Source: Eledone cirrhosa (Eukaryota). Taken from it: 64,000 nucleotides of DNA. The stretch is from positions 295,864,001 through 295,928,000 of the forward strand of contig OZ024741.1 in NCBI GenBank assembly GCA_964016885.1. Direction: 5' to 3'. Under the pieces are notes generated by a model. It made no database searches, was not told the origin of the DNA, and saw only the letters and a program-made list of their open reading frames with translations. The translations under genes were made by a program, and so were the position numbers. Numbering within the stretch: the first letter of the stretch is position 1; every line of letters begins with the position of its first letter. Below, piece by piece: positions 12,655 through 26,900 of the stretch.

Positions 12655-12814
12655 GTGTATATATATATATATACATACATATATGTACGCGCGTTTGTGT
12701 TTGAGTATATTTGTTAGGTCATTGAAAGTCTGTCTCTATTCATACAAGCATACATAATAGATAATTACACACACCTTTCTATATTATTATTATATCACAC
12801 GCACCCCCCATATA

Positions 12815-13210
12815 TACACACACAACCAGACTACCCTCCACCCATATCTCCACCCTTACCATCACCACACACATATATATATACACACACAACCAGACTA
12901 CCCTTCACCCATATCTCCACCCTTACCAACACCACACACACATATACACACACAACCAGACTACCCTCCACCCATATCTCCACCCTTACCAACACCACAT
13001 ATATATATACACACACAACCAGACTACCCTCCACCCATATCTCCACCCTTACCAACACCACACACACATATATACACACACAACCAGACTACCCTTCACC
13101 CATATCTCCACCCTTACCAACACCACACACAGACATATATATATATATATACACACACAACCAGAGTCACTCCTCCACATACATCTTCATCGCCACCAAC
13201 ACCACACACA
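12815..13210. repeat. ~63-67 bp minisatellite, about 5-6 units
   Basis: aaccagactaccctccacccatatctccacccttaccaacacc(ac/at)n recurs at 12824, 12891, 12954, 13017, 13082 and (degenerate) 13159. Confidence 0.92.
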
Positions 13211-13987
13211 TATTCACATTTGAGGACACACAGACACAATCAGTCCCCCAGCCCCCCACTACCCCGCTACACCCCCTACAATGACCTTGTACTACTAACG
13301 GTTGTTAACGTTTTAAATAACTCCCACACTTTTTTGTTCTCGGAACGACTCTACAACTGCGCGTGCGCACTCTTCTGTGCGCCTTCATGCAGACATATAG
13401 CAGAATATACGCAGATATATATATATATATATACACGTACTTACAGATACTCATATTGACACATACACACACACACGCACACATTCATTCACTCTTAAAG
13501 GAACAGACATCCTGACAACAACAACAACAACACACACACACATAGAATAATAACACAATCACACACATATACATTTATTTGAGAATAAAATTCACACACA
13601 TATACATACATACACAACATACCCACACTAACACACATATACACACACGAATATACCAGAGTTATTGTACATGGTCGCATGACCGTGTAGAAATAACAGT
13701 CAACTATCCCTCAATTCAAATCCTACTGTCTTTAATAAGTGAAGGTCACATTGAAAAATATTGACCGCGATACACAAATAGATAGGTTGGTCATGGCTGG
13801 AACGATGTCATTGTTCTTGAGTCTACTGGATTATTGCTGAACTAGAGCTAAACAACCACATACATATACAGAGAGAGGCTGGGAGAGAAGGACAGATGGA
13901 TATAGAAAGGGTGTGACTGGATCATGGTTGACATGTGATAGGCCTCTAGTTGGTAACGTAATTTCCCTAGGCTTGGTCTTTCATTAT

Positions 13988-14157
13988 CAGTAGAGGGTCG
14001 GACGCCATGCTTTCTAGCATAGTTACGTCCCTTTACAGTCTGAGTTCAAATCCCGCCGAGGTTAACTTTGCCTTTCATCCTTACGGGGTCGATAAAATAA
14101 AGTACCAGTAATGTACTGGGTAATTGCTGGCCTTGTGCCTAAAGTAGAAACAATTAT
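13988..14157 (+). mobile_element. tRNA-derived SINE (family A)
   Basis: Pol III B-box gagttcaaatcc (14042-14053), body tttcatccttacggggtcgataaaataaagtaccagt, tail ggccttgtgcctaaagtagaaacaattat. Several related copies occur in the window. Confidence 0.85.
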
Positions 14158-14915
14158 GAGAACCGTGGTACCTTTTGTCAATCACTGTGGTACTTCACCC
14201 GACACCAAGCAGTCATTGAACACGGTCGCCAGTATCTGGTGGAGAGACGCTTTATTTTTATTCCAGTATCTTTGCACACCATCTGTCCCTAGAAATTTTC
14301 CACTTAGTTATTTTATTGGCCTGTTGTTTTAGGGTCCAAACCGAGATATTCAAATCAGGTTGTTGATGTGTTTGTTCATTAACCTCCTTTTTAACTATCT
14401 CAATCCACCCTGCCGGACTATTATGCTCAACATCCTGCTCCGACATCCCTCTCCAAAATGTGTTGGTCTGTTCAACCTCGGAGATAGCATCGTTACCTCT
14501 TTCTTTCCCTTCAAGATGTTCAAATAACATCTGGTTGTTGTTGAACAAGCGATGTTATCTATACTAGTTAACTCTGTTCTCTAATTTTGGCACTTTTGGT
14601 TTCCTTTGCTACAACATTTAGCCCTTTTCCCTTTGTCAATCTATCCTTAGTATCTATGTTTTGTAATGTCCCGTTTAATAAAGATTCAAGTTTCCCGGTG
14701 TCCTTTCTTATTTCTTTGATTTGAGCATTTAACTGCTTCTTCCACTAAGGTTCTGTCTTTTCTCGTTTGTTTTCCCTCGCTACATTTGTGGTTGCTTATA
14801 GGATGTTGTTACATTGGTGAAGATTCTTCACCTCAAGGTATGGGACGACCCTGTTTACCTTAACTGTCATTTTAAAAAACTTTTTGTCTACAAATCTTTG
14901 ATTCATAGGTTTTCT
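14158..14915 (-). pseudogene. R4/Dong-like non-LTR retrotransposon fragment (pre-RT region and RT N-terminus), with frameshifts and stops
   Basis: FNNNQMLFEHLEGKE..TFWRGM..HNSPAGWI..ANKITKWK/(frameshift)/LGTDGVQRYWNKNKASLHQILATVFNDCLVSGEVPQ*LTKGTTVL fits the NWKAPGPDG..FW.K..LH..P.WLT.G.T.L pattern of RLE-clade RTs. Confidence 0.8.
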
Positions 14916-15161
14916 GCCAAAAAGTAGAAACAATTATTTATTTCATTACCATTAAATTCAGAATTGTTGAGCTGATTTAGACAGTTTTGGCTGCTGTTTC
15001 CTGCGTCAATATAAGCCCGTCGTGTCCTCCTACTATATTAAATAGGAAATATTCATACAGTAATTTCAGCGTTACAACACGTTGTTTCACTATGTGGTTT
15101 ACTAACGGCATGGTATGTATGATATATTTTCAACTTGCCCCCTTATTTCTAAGAAGAATTC

Positions 15162-15287
15162 ATCTCCTGATGAAGGAACTTTAATTATTCCCATTGGAAT
15201 AACCAATTTTGGAATCCAATATTGGTTATTCCAATGTTTTGGAATTCCTGATGTTGTATATTGAATTCCAGAAAGCATGGTCGTGGT
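15162..15287 (+). ncRNA. Hammerhead-like motif with a greatly extended stem II
   Basis: atctc-CTGATGA(15167-15173)-a-ggaa...ttcc-a-GAAA(15271-15274)-gcatgg-TC-gtggt. A 45-bp near-perfect palindrome (15192-15236) sits inside domain II. Confidence 0.45.
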
Positions 15288-16414
15288 ATTATATAAGTTA
15301 AAGCCGACTTTTTGTTTAGCCGATTTGGCTTAAATCCCTGCAACATGAGTTTAATATTCTATGATTTTTTATCAATACGCTGACGCGTATGTGTATATAT
15401 GTGTGCGTGTATGTGTGTGAGTGCATATGCATATGTATGAGTTTATAAATATAAACGCGCAAACACACACTTACAAAAATACACACTCACATACATACAT
15501 ACACACAAACACACACATACATTCACACCAACACACATACATTCACACAAACACACACATACATTCACACAAACACACACACACATACATTCACACAAAC
15601 ACACACACACACACACGTACACATACACTCACACCCAGCGTAAAAATGGAACGCCAACAGCTGTTTTTGCTAGTTTTTTCACCATCCCCTTCCTTCCCTT
15701 TACACACACATACGTTCACACAAACACAAACACAAACACACACACACGCGTTCGGGCGGAAGTCGCTCAAATTTATATATAAATTTTATATATATGTGTG
15801 TGTGTGTAAAAGGTAAACAGAAATAAATCAAAGAAATATACTAGTTTAATATATACAGGATGTATCAAAAGGCTATATGTTTTAAACAAATGACCATATT
15901 ATCATGCGGTAACTTGTACAATACATGTCTGAATATGAAATGTTATTCTTATATATAACTTTTATGAATTTTTATAAAGTTTTTTTTTTTTTTACATATT
16001 GACCGTTCGTAAACATTGTATGTAAATAAAATTGGATGATTCGTTATATATGCACGCGTGTGTATGTGTATGTACAAGATGTATGAAAAAAAAGAATCAT
16101 CCGATTTTATTTCCATACAATGTTTCACATTGAGGTTTTTATTGATTAGTTTCAGTTCGAACTTTTCGCTGATGGGTGGTTCATCAAACTCGTTAATCCA
16201 GCAAAACCAAAATTTCACCTGAGGGCTTCACAGAGAGACACATTCCCAACAACACACACACTCACACACGCCCACGAATTTGCTGAATCACCCTATCTAT
16301 CTCTCTCTCTCTCTCTCTTTCTCTCTCTCCCTCTCTCTCTCTCTATATATATATATATCGTTCGGAAATGACAAGACAAACATAGATTTAGTATCACGCT
16401 TAGAAGGAAATACA

Positions 16415-16454
<40 letters not shown>

Positions 16455-17147
16455 ATATATAGATATATACGATATATATATACACACACATATATATGTA
16501 TATACATATATATCTATGTATGTATCTATGTGTGTGTCTGTGTGTGACTGTATCTTTCTTTCTATATATCTGTGTATGTGTCTGTATGTGTGTCTATATC
16601 TGTGTGTGTGTATGTCTCTATGTCTGTATGTGTGTCTAAGTGTTACCTGATACTACAATTAAGATACCTCGCCATGCTACTTTCTTTGATTAAATCAATT
16701 AAGGTGATGGTATGACGTCATCGGTCAGCTGATATACTCAATGCGTGTGAGAAATGTAATCTTATGTTATTGGTGAGGTTTCTTAGATTCAGATCAGTTT
16801 CACTCTAGTTATTATTGTAAGACTAATTATCATCTGTAAGTATGTCGTTATACATGCCCAAAGCTCCCCCGTCGGTTTCGACGAGGAGCTCAGATGTTCG
16901 ATCAACATAACCGCATGAATAATTATTTACAAAATGAATGGCAGTGTAAAGGTGGGGTGGATGGGGATGGAGCGATAGATAAGTATTCGGTGTCATTGCG
17001 TTGTTAGTTAGGAAATTGGTGGTTCATCGTTCTGACATTCGAACCAATCTGCGCAGCAACTTGGGCAAGTCTCCCCCCCCTCTCTCTCTCTCTCTTTTCA
17101 CCACACCCCCACACACCCTCGAAACTCTCTTCCTGATCACTTTTCTC

Positions 17148-17175
17148 CTGATGAAGGGCTTATGCCCGAAACGTC
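17148..17175 (+). ncRNA. Penelope-type minimal hammerhead core
   Basis: CTGATGA-A-GGGC-TTAT-GCCC-GAAA-CG-TC has a perfect stem II and a palindromic ACGT in place of stem III. No stem I partner follows (poly-C). The element runs about 100 bp further into (TA)n at 17275. Confidence 0.65.
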
Positions 17176-17271
17176 CCCCCCCCCTCCACTCTCAAGCGTG
17201 AAACTAATAATAACACTTGTACTGCCTCTTCGCTTCCACGTTTTTGGGTTTTCTGTTTACTGTCGCAACTT

Positions 17272-18947
<1,676 letters not shown>

Positions 18948-18950
<3 letters not shown>

Positions 18951-19135
18951 AAAAAATGATGAAATCGAAAATGCAACTGGAGTCTTATTTAAAAAAATAT
19001 ATATATATTTATTTGGTTCCTTTACCGGTTTCGCAGTTCTTCTGCTTTTCAAAAGTAGAGTTGAGATGGAGGGTCTGTGGTTTTTCTCACATCTGATGTG
19101 AGAAAAACCACAGACCCTCCATCTCAACTCTACTT
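18948..19135 (-). mobile_element. TA-anchored element with a degenerate hammerhead and a terminal 83-bp palindrome
   Basis: Minus strand reads ctt-TTGAAAA-gcag-aagaa-ctgc-GAAA-ccgg-TA-aag (19055-19020). Perfect 41-bp arms at 19053-19093 / 19095-19135. Confidence 0.6.
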
Positions 19136-19482
19136 CTTTATACTTTCAATCGTGTAGGACACCTCGGTTATTTTTCATTTTGTAAAAAAAATCCTCACTT
19201 TCTAATATATATATATATTCCTTAATGAGGCTTTACTTAGGACAGCTGGCTGAATCACAAAGATACTACTGCCAGAAATGGCTGCTGGTTACAGACTATT
19301 GTAAATGTCATTAGTTCCAAGAAAAAGACTTTATGAAAATGGCAATAGAAAGGTCAAATGCATGAACGATAACATGTTGACCTCACAAAGGTTAACCACA
19401 TAGTTTCATGAAATAAGGCTAAAACATATTAATAAACATTCGTTGTACTGCCTCTCTGTTTTGTCCCTGTTCAAATTTTTCC

Positions 19483-19524
<42 letters not shown>

Positions 19525-19774
19525 AAAATTGAACGTGAACAAAACAGAGAGGCAGTACAAACAAAGGTTCGCTCTTGAGAGTGGGGTGGTGGGTATATGT
19601 ACTCTGCAGTTTGTGCCATAGCAGTCTATAACGAGGTTGAAATCTCATCAGCCTTTTTGGGTTACCGCTGGACAAAGGATACTGATTAGCATTGAGCTTT
19701 TATAATCTTTACCAGGATATATTTTGGTACCAGGATATATTTTGGTAAACTCCAATATAATCTAACACACACAC

Positions 19775-19812
<38 letters not shown>

Positions 19813-19951
19813 GTGTGTGTATACATTTTATTCGTTCATAAGAAATTATTAGGAAGATTATAAAGTAGAGCTTAAGACCACACACCCTCGAGAGCCTCAT
19901 TTTTTAAAACATTTTTATTCTTTAACATTAAATCATCAAAAATTACACACA

Positions 19952-20062
<111 letters not shown>

Positions 20063-20123
20063 GTTGAACACAGGAGGGTTATATACGTAGTAGTACAGCA
20101 CTCAATCCATGGGACGTGTTTGG

Positions 20124-20256
20124 TAGAAGTAGTTCCACAGTAGTTACTTCACCATACCGAGAACAAATGTTTCACCTTATGCGGATCTTCAGCTGAAGAT
20201 CGGAATAAGGTGAAACATTTGTTCTCGGTATGGTGAACTAACTGTTGTGGAACTAC

Positions 20257-20261
<5 letters not shown>
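20124..20261. mobile_element. 138-bp near-perfect palindrome abutting (TA)n, each arm starting with a hammerhead-like core
   Basis: Centre is tcttcag|ctgaaga at 20192/20193. Arms read CTGAAGA-tc(c/g)g(c/a)ataaggt-GAAA-ca-tt-tg-TT. Confidence 0.7.
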
Positions 20262-20306
<45 letters not shown>

Positions 20307-21138
20307 AAGTTTGAAAGCCACGACAATACAAATTGGATGAATAAATAATTAAGTCGTATGTCGGACATTATGACATGGTCTAACCTCTTACATACTCTCA
20401 ATCGATTTTTCTCTGAAAACGAAATGGGGTGACCCTTAGATTTTCCCAGTCTCGAATATTTCTTCTGTGGGAGTTTTTTTTCTTTTCTAGGTTTTTTTCC
20501 TTTCTTTTTGAATGATCTGATATCCTGTTCCCTTACCAACGGCTTCTTTCTCAGGAAACGGAGGCATGTAGTAAAGGGTTAGGGGGCATCGGGGTTACAG
20601 ATATGCACTTCTCAGTCGTTTAAATTTATAGAATTGAGGATCGTTGAGGATCGTGAAGAAATATTTGTTTTCCTAGGTTTTTTTCTTTTGTGTGTGTGTT
20701 TTTAACTAATCTGACATCTGACATGCTTGCAATCACCTTCTTTTCCTAAAAGGGAATTGGGGAGCCAGGCGGAGAGGGACCCACGGTTTCTCCCAGCCTC
20801 AGAAATTTCTTCAGTGCGAATAACAGAGGCGGGAAGGGAAGGGAAGGTGACATACGGAGTTAAGGAGTTACGGGTAAGCATCTCTCAGCCTTTTAAATTT
20901 AGAGAAAAGCAATCCTGCAGGACGTTTTGATCCTTCATGTTGTACTGTTGTGGTAAGTGTTGTAACCTTAATTAATTGTTCCTCAATTCCAAATCTACCA
21001 TTCGAATGAGGAGTGGTTGTGTGAAAGAGCAGTCCTTTCCCCTTAAAAACATCATAGTGAAGGCCATCAACAAAACCTCTCATATATATATATATTTATT
21101 TTGCGAGGTTTTTGATATGAAATCGTGTGTCGAAACAG

Positions 21139-21394
21139 ATATTGTTATACTTGGGGAGGGTCATATTAGTACCACTGATGATGTTGCAGATGTGCAACGA
21201 AAGAACTTGGTTAGACTATATATATGTATTTATATCTGTATTTTTGACCGTTGGTCAGTCAATGATAAACATTGATTGCCGAATGAATTAACTATGGAGA
21301 TATAAAAGATACAGAAGCGAAAACCAACCAAACAGTGAGTGTGTTCTGTTATTATTTCTGGCAATATTATTACAATATGACCCTCCCCAAGTAT

Positions 21395-21402
<8 letters not shown>
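21139..21402 (+). mobile_element. Short element with a perfect 29-bp inverted repeat enclosing a hammerhead motif, ending in (TA)n
   Basis: Inverted repeat 21139-21167 / 21374-21402. Inside: acca-CTGATGA(21175-21181)-t-gttgca-gatg-tgcaac-GAAA-gaac-t-tggt. A similar terminus recurs at ~60950-60980. Confidence 0.6.
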
Positions 21403-21454
<52 letters not shown>

Positions 21455-21457
<3 letters not shown>

Positions 21458-21466
21458 TCTGTCTGT

Positions 21467-21526
<60 letters not shown>

Positions 21527-21535
21527 TCTGTCTGT

Positions 21536-21571
<36 letters not shown>

Positions 21572-21580
21572 TCTGTCTGT

Positions 21581-21634
<54 letters not shown>

Positions 21635-21646
21635 TCTGTCTGTCTT
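21455..21646. repeat. Four tandem (TA)n-agtctgtctgtct units (amplified SINE tail)
   Basis: The unit equals the 3' end of the adjacent minus-strand SINE plus (TA)n. Confidence 0.85.
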
Positions 21647-21903
21647 AAGCCAGAAGGCTCATTTGGCCGGGGTGCTTATCCCGGTTTCATAGCGTGAAGC
21701 GACTGAAAGTACAAGACATTCCCCTGGACAGTGCGCCAGCCCATCGCAGGGTTAAATCCCAGCTATTGCTGGTACTCATTTTTAACTGAGTATACTGGAG
21801 CAACGTGAAATGAAGTGTTATGCTCAAGAACACAACACGCAACCAAGGAATCGAACCCACGACATTATGATCATAAGTCCAACACCCTTACTACTAGGCC
21901 ACA
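21633..21903 (-). mobile_element. tRNA-derived SINE (family B, CORE-like body, L2-like tail)
   Basis: Minus strand has tggcctagtagtaagg (A-box) and ggttcgattcc (B-box). It is collinear with 59805-60090. Confidence 0.85.
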
Positions 21904-22115
21904 TATATATATACATGTGTGTGTGTGTGTATGTGTGTGTCTGTATGTATATGTATGTATATATATGTATGTATATGTATGTATATATCTATATGTATGT
22001 ACATGTATGTATATATATACATATGTGTGTGTGTGTATGTATATATGTATCGAAACTTCATCATTCTTCTTAATATATACACTCTGCGTGTGCACCGATT
22101 GCTCATATACACTAT

Positions 22116-22150
<35 letters not shown>

Positions 22151-22349
22151 TATATATATGTGTGTGTGAGTGTGTGTGTTTAAGAGAGATATTCACATAC
22201 ACCCAGACTTACATACACATATACACACATACACGAGAGTGCGCGCGTGTCAGCTCATATATATAGCTGGTAATTTAACAATATATGTTGCACAAATGCA
22301 CTTGTGGAATCATTTATTTGTATAATCCTCTCCCCCACTCTCTAACCTT

Positions 22350-22664
22350 CCACCATTCACCACCACCACCACCACAACCACCACCACCTTCACCACCACA
22401 ACCAGCATCATCTTCACCATCCACCACCACAACCAGCACCATCTTCACCTCCACCACCACCACCACCACCACCACCACTATCATCAACATCACTACCACC
22501 ACCACATTCACCATCCACCACCACCACTATCATCATCACCACTACTACCACCACCACCACCACCAGCACCACCAACACCACCACCACCATTATCATCATC
22601 ACCACTACCACCACCACCTTCACCATCCACCACCACCGCTATCATCATCACCACCACCACCACC

Positions 22665-22696
<32 letters not shown>

Positions 22697-23517
22697 TATC
22701 ATCATCACCACTAAAACCACCATCTTCACCATCCACCACCACCGCTATCATCATCACCACTACTACCACCACCATCATCACCACCACCACCACCACCACT
22801 ACCACCACCACCACTACCACCACCAGCTTCACTATCCACCACCACCGCTATCATCATCACCACTACTACTACCACCACCACCACCACCACCACCACCATT
22901 AACATCATCACCACTACCACCACCACCACCACTATCATCATCACCACTATCATCATCACCACAACCACCACAACTACCGCCACAATCTCCACCACCTTCA
23001 CCACCAGCACCACAACCAGCTTCACCTTCACCACCATCATCAACACCACCATCACCACTGCCGCCGCCACATTCACTATCCATCACAACTACCACCACCA
23101 CTATAATAATCACCACTACCACTACCACCACAACCAGCACCACCACCACCAGCACCACCTTCACCAGCACCACCAGCACCACCTTCACCACCACAACCAG
23201 AGCCAAATCACCATCACCTTCACCACCACCACCACCACCACCACCATCACCATTGCCGCCGCCACATTCAGCATCCACCACAACCTCCACCACCACAACC
23301 ACCATCACCATTGCCGCCGCCACATTCAGCATCCACCACAACCACCACCACCACTACTATCATCACCACCACTATCACCATCGCCATCAACACGACCGCC
23401 ACTATCATCACCACTACCACAATCACCATCTCCGCCACCATCATCACCGTATCTCCATTCACCTTTATATTACTTATAATAAATTACAGTAGTGGTGGTG
23501 GTGGTAGTAGTAGTATT

Positions 23518-23591
<74 letters not shown>

Positions 23592-23788
23592 GTCATTCAA
23601 AATAGCAATGTAGTGCAGGGAAGCCTTGGTTTTAAACTGTTCTATGAATGTTTCTGACGTCACAAGGACAGACAGGTGGTGGTGGTGGTGGTGGTGGCGA
23701 TGGCGATGATGGTAATGGCGGTGGTGTTGGTAGCGATGATGTTGGTGGTGGTGGTGGTGGTGATGGAAATATAACAGCAACAATGGTG

Positions 23789-23843
<55 letters not shown>

Positions 23844-23855
23844 GAGGAGGAGGAG
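22350..23855. repeat. Mixed trinucleotide repeats (CAC/CAT/AGC/AGT/GGT)
   Basis: Directly visible. Confidence 0.93.
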
Positions 23856-23928
23856 AAGAAGAACGCACACACAATTTTTCTATCTATCTCTATCTCCCCC
23901 CACCTTAATTTCTCCAGACACCACAGAT

Positions 23929-26900
23929 GTATTGAACCATATTGATGTGGTATCTATTACTGACATCTGATTGAACCATATTGATCTGGTACCTATTACT
24001 GACATCTAAGTAGACTAATTGGTGGGCTGGGGTCTGTAACTGAACCATATTGATCTGGTACCTATTGCTGACATCTTGGTGGACTGGTTAGGTGAACTAG
24101 TGTCTGTAACTGAACCATATTGATCTGGTACCTATTGCTGACATCTTGGTGGACTGGTTAGGTGAACTAGTGTCTGTAACTGAACTATATTGATCTGGTA
24201 CCTATTGCTGACATCTTGGTGGACTGGTTAGGTGAACTAGTGTCTGTAACTGAACCATATTGATCTGGTACCTATTGCTGACATCTTGGTGGACTGGTTA
24301 GGTGAACTAGTGTCTGTAACTGAACTATATTGATCTGGTACCTATTGCTGACATCTTGGTGGACTGGTTAGGTGAACTAGTGTCTGTAACTGAACCATAT
24401 TGATCTGGTACCTATTGCTGACATCTTGGTGGACTGGTTAGGTGAACTAGTGTCTGTAACTGAACTATATTGATCTGGTACCTATTGCTGACATCTTGGT
24501 GGACTGGTTAGGTGAACTAGTGTCTGTAACTGAACCATATTGATCTGGTACCTATTGCTGACATCTTGGTGGACTGGTTAGGTGAACTAGTGTCTGTAAC
24601 TGAACCATATTGATCTGGTACCTATTGCTGACATCTTGGTGGACTGGTTAGGTGAACTAGTGTCTGTAACTGAACCATATTGATCTGGTACCTATTGCTG
24701 ACATCTTGGTGGACTGGTTAGGTGAACTAGTGTCTGTAACTGAACTATATTGATCTGGTACCTATTAGTGACATCTTGGTGGACTGGTTAGGTGAACTAG
24801 TGTCTGTAACTGAACTAAATTGATCTGGTACCTATTAGTGACATCTTGGTGGACTGGTTAGGTGAACTAGTGTCTGTAACTGAACCATATTGATCTGGTA
24901 CCTATTAGTGACATCTTGGTGGACTGGTTAGGTGAACTAGTGTCTGTAACTGAACTATATTGATCTGGTACCTATTGCTGACATCTTGGTGGACTGGTTA
25001 GGTAAACTAGTGTCTGTAACTGAACTAAATTGATCTGGTACCTATTAGTGACATCTTGGTGGACTGGTTAGGTGAACTAGTGTCTGTAACTGAACTATAT
25101 TGATCTGGTACCTATTACTGACATCTTGGTGGACTGGTTAGGTAAACTAGTGTCTGTAACTGAACTATATTGATCTGGTACCTATTGCTGACATCTTGGT
25201 GGACTGGTTAGGTGAACTAGTGTCTGTAACTGAACTATATTGATCTGGTACCTATTGCTGACATCTTGGTGGACTGGTTAGGTGAACTAGTGTCTGTAAC
25301 TGAACCATATTGATCTGGTACCTATTGCTGACATCTTGGTGGACTGGTTAGGTGAACTAGTGTCTGTAACTGAACTATATTGATCTGGTACCTATTGCTG
25401 ACATCTTGGTGGACTGGTTAGGTGAACTAGTGTCTGTAACTGAACTATATTGATCTGGTACCTATTGCTGACATCTTGGTGGACTGGTTAGGTGAACTAG
25501 TGTCTGTAACTGAACCATATTGATCTGGTACCTATTAGTGACATCTTGGTGGACTGGTTAGGTGAACTAGTGTCTGCAACTGAACCATATTGATCTGGTA
25601 CCTATTGCTGACATCTTGGTGGACTGGTTAGGTGAACTAGTGTCTGTAACTGAACTAAATTGATCTGGTACCTATTAGTGACATCTTGGTGGACTGGTTA
25701 GGTGAACTAGTGTCTGTAACTGAACCATATTGATCTGGTACCTATTGCTGACATCTTGGTTGACTGGTTAGGTGAACTAGTGTCTGTAACTGAACTAAAT
25801 TGATCTGGTACCTATTAGTGACATCTTGGTGGACTGGTTAGGTGAACTAGTGTCTGTAACTGAACTAAATTGATCTGGTACCTATTGCTGACATCTTGGT
25901 GGACTGGTTAGGTGAACTAGTGTCTGTAACTGAACTATATTGATCTGGTACCTATTGCTGACATCTTGGTGGACTGGTTAGGTGAACTAGTGTCTGTAAC
26001 TGAACTATATTGATCTGGTACCTATTGCTGACATCTTGGTGGACTGGTTAGGTGAACTAGTGTCTGTAACTGAACTATATTGATCTGGTACCTATTGCTG
26101 ACATCTTGGTGGACTGGTTAGGTGAACTAGTGTCTGTAACTGAACTATATTGATCTGGTACCTATTAGTGACATCTTGGTGGACTGGTTAGGTGAACTAG
26201 TGTCTGTAACTGAACTAAATTGATCTGGTACCTATTAGTGACATCTTGGTGGACTGGTTAGGTGAACTAGTGTCTGTAACTGAACTAAATTGATCTGGTA
26301 CCTATTGCTGACATCTTGGTGGACTGGTTAGGTGAACTAGTGTCTGTAACTGAACTATATTGATCTGGTACCTATTAGTGACATCTTGGTGGACTGGTTA
26401 GGTGAACTAGTTGATCTGGTACCTATTGCTGACATCTTGGTGGACTGGTTAGGTGAACTAGTGTCTGTAACTGAACTATATTGATCTGGGTACCTATTGC
26501 TGACATCTTGGTGGACTGGTTAGGTGAACTAGTGTCTGTAACTGAACTAAATTGATATGGTACCTATTAGTGACATCTTGGTGGACTGGTTAGGTGAACT
26601 AGTGTCCTGTAACTGAACTATATTGATCTGGTACCCTATTGCTGACATCTTGGTGGACTGGTTAGGTGAACTAGTGTCTGTAACTGAACCATATTGATCT
26701 GGTACCTATTGCTGACATCTTGGTGGACTGGTTAGGTGAACTAGTGTCTGTAACTGAAACCATATTGATCTGGTACCTATTGCTGACATCTTGGTGGACT
26801 GGTTAGGTGAACTAGTGTCTGTAACTGAACTATATTGATCTGGTACCTATTAGTGACATCTTGGTGGACTGGTTAGGTGAACTAGTGTCTGTAACTGAAC

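Noticed and set aside
16140-16190. Minus-strand ttgatga...gaaactaatc hammerhead-like string and the 89-aa ORF
   Set aside because: No convincing stem I or II, and the ORF has no recognisable motif.
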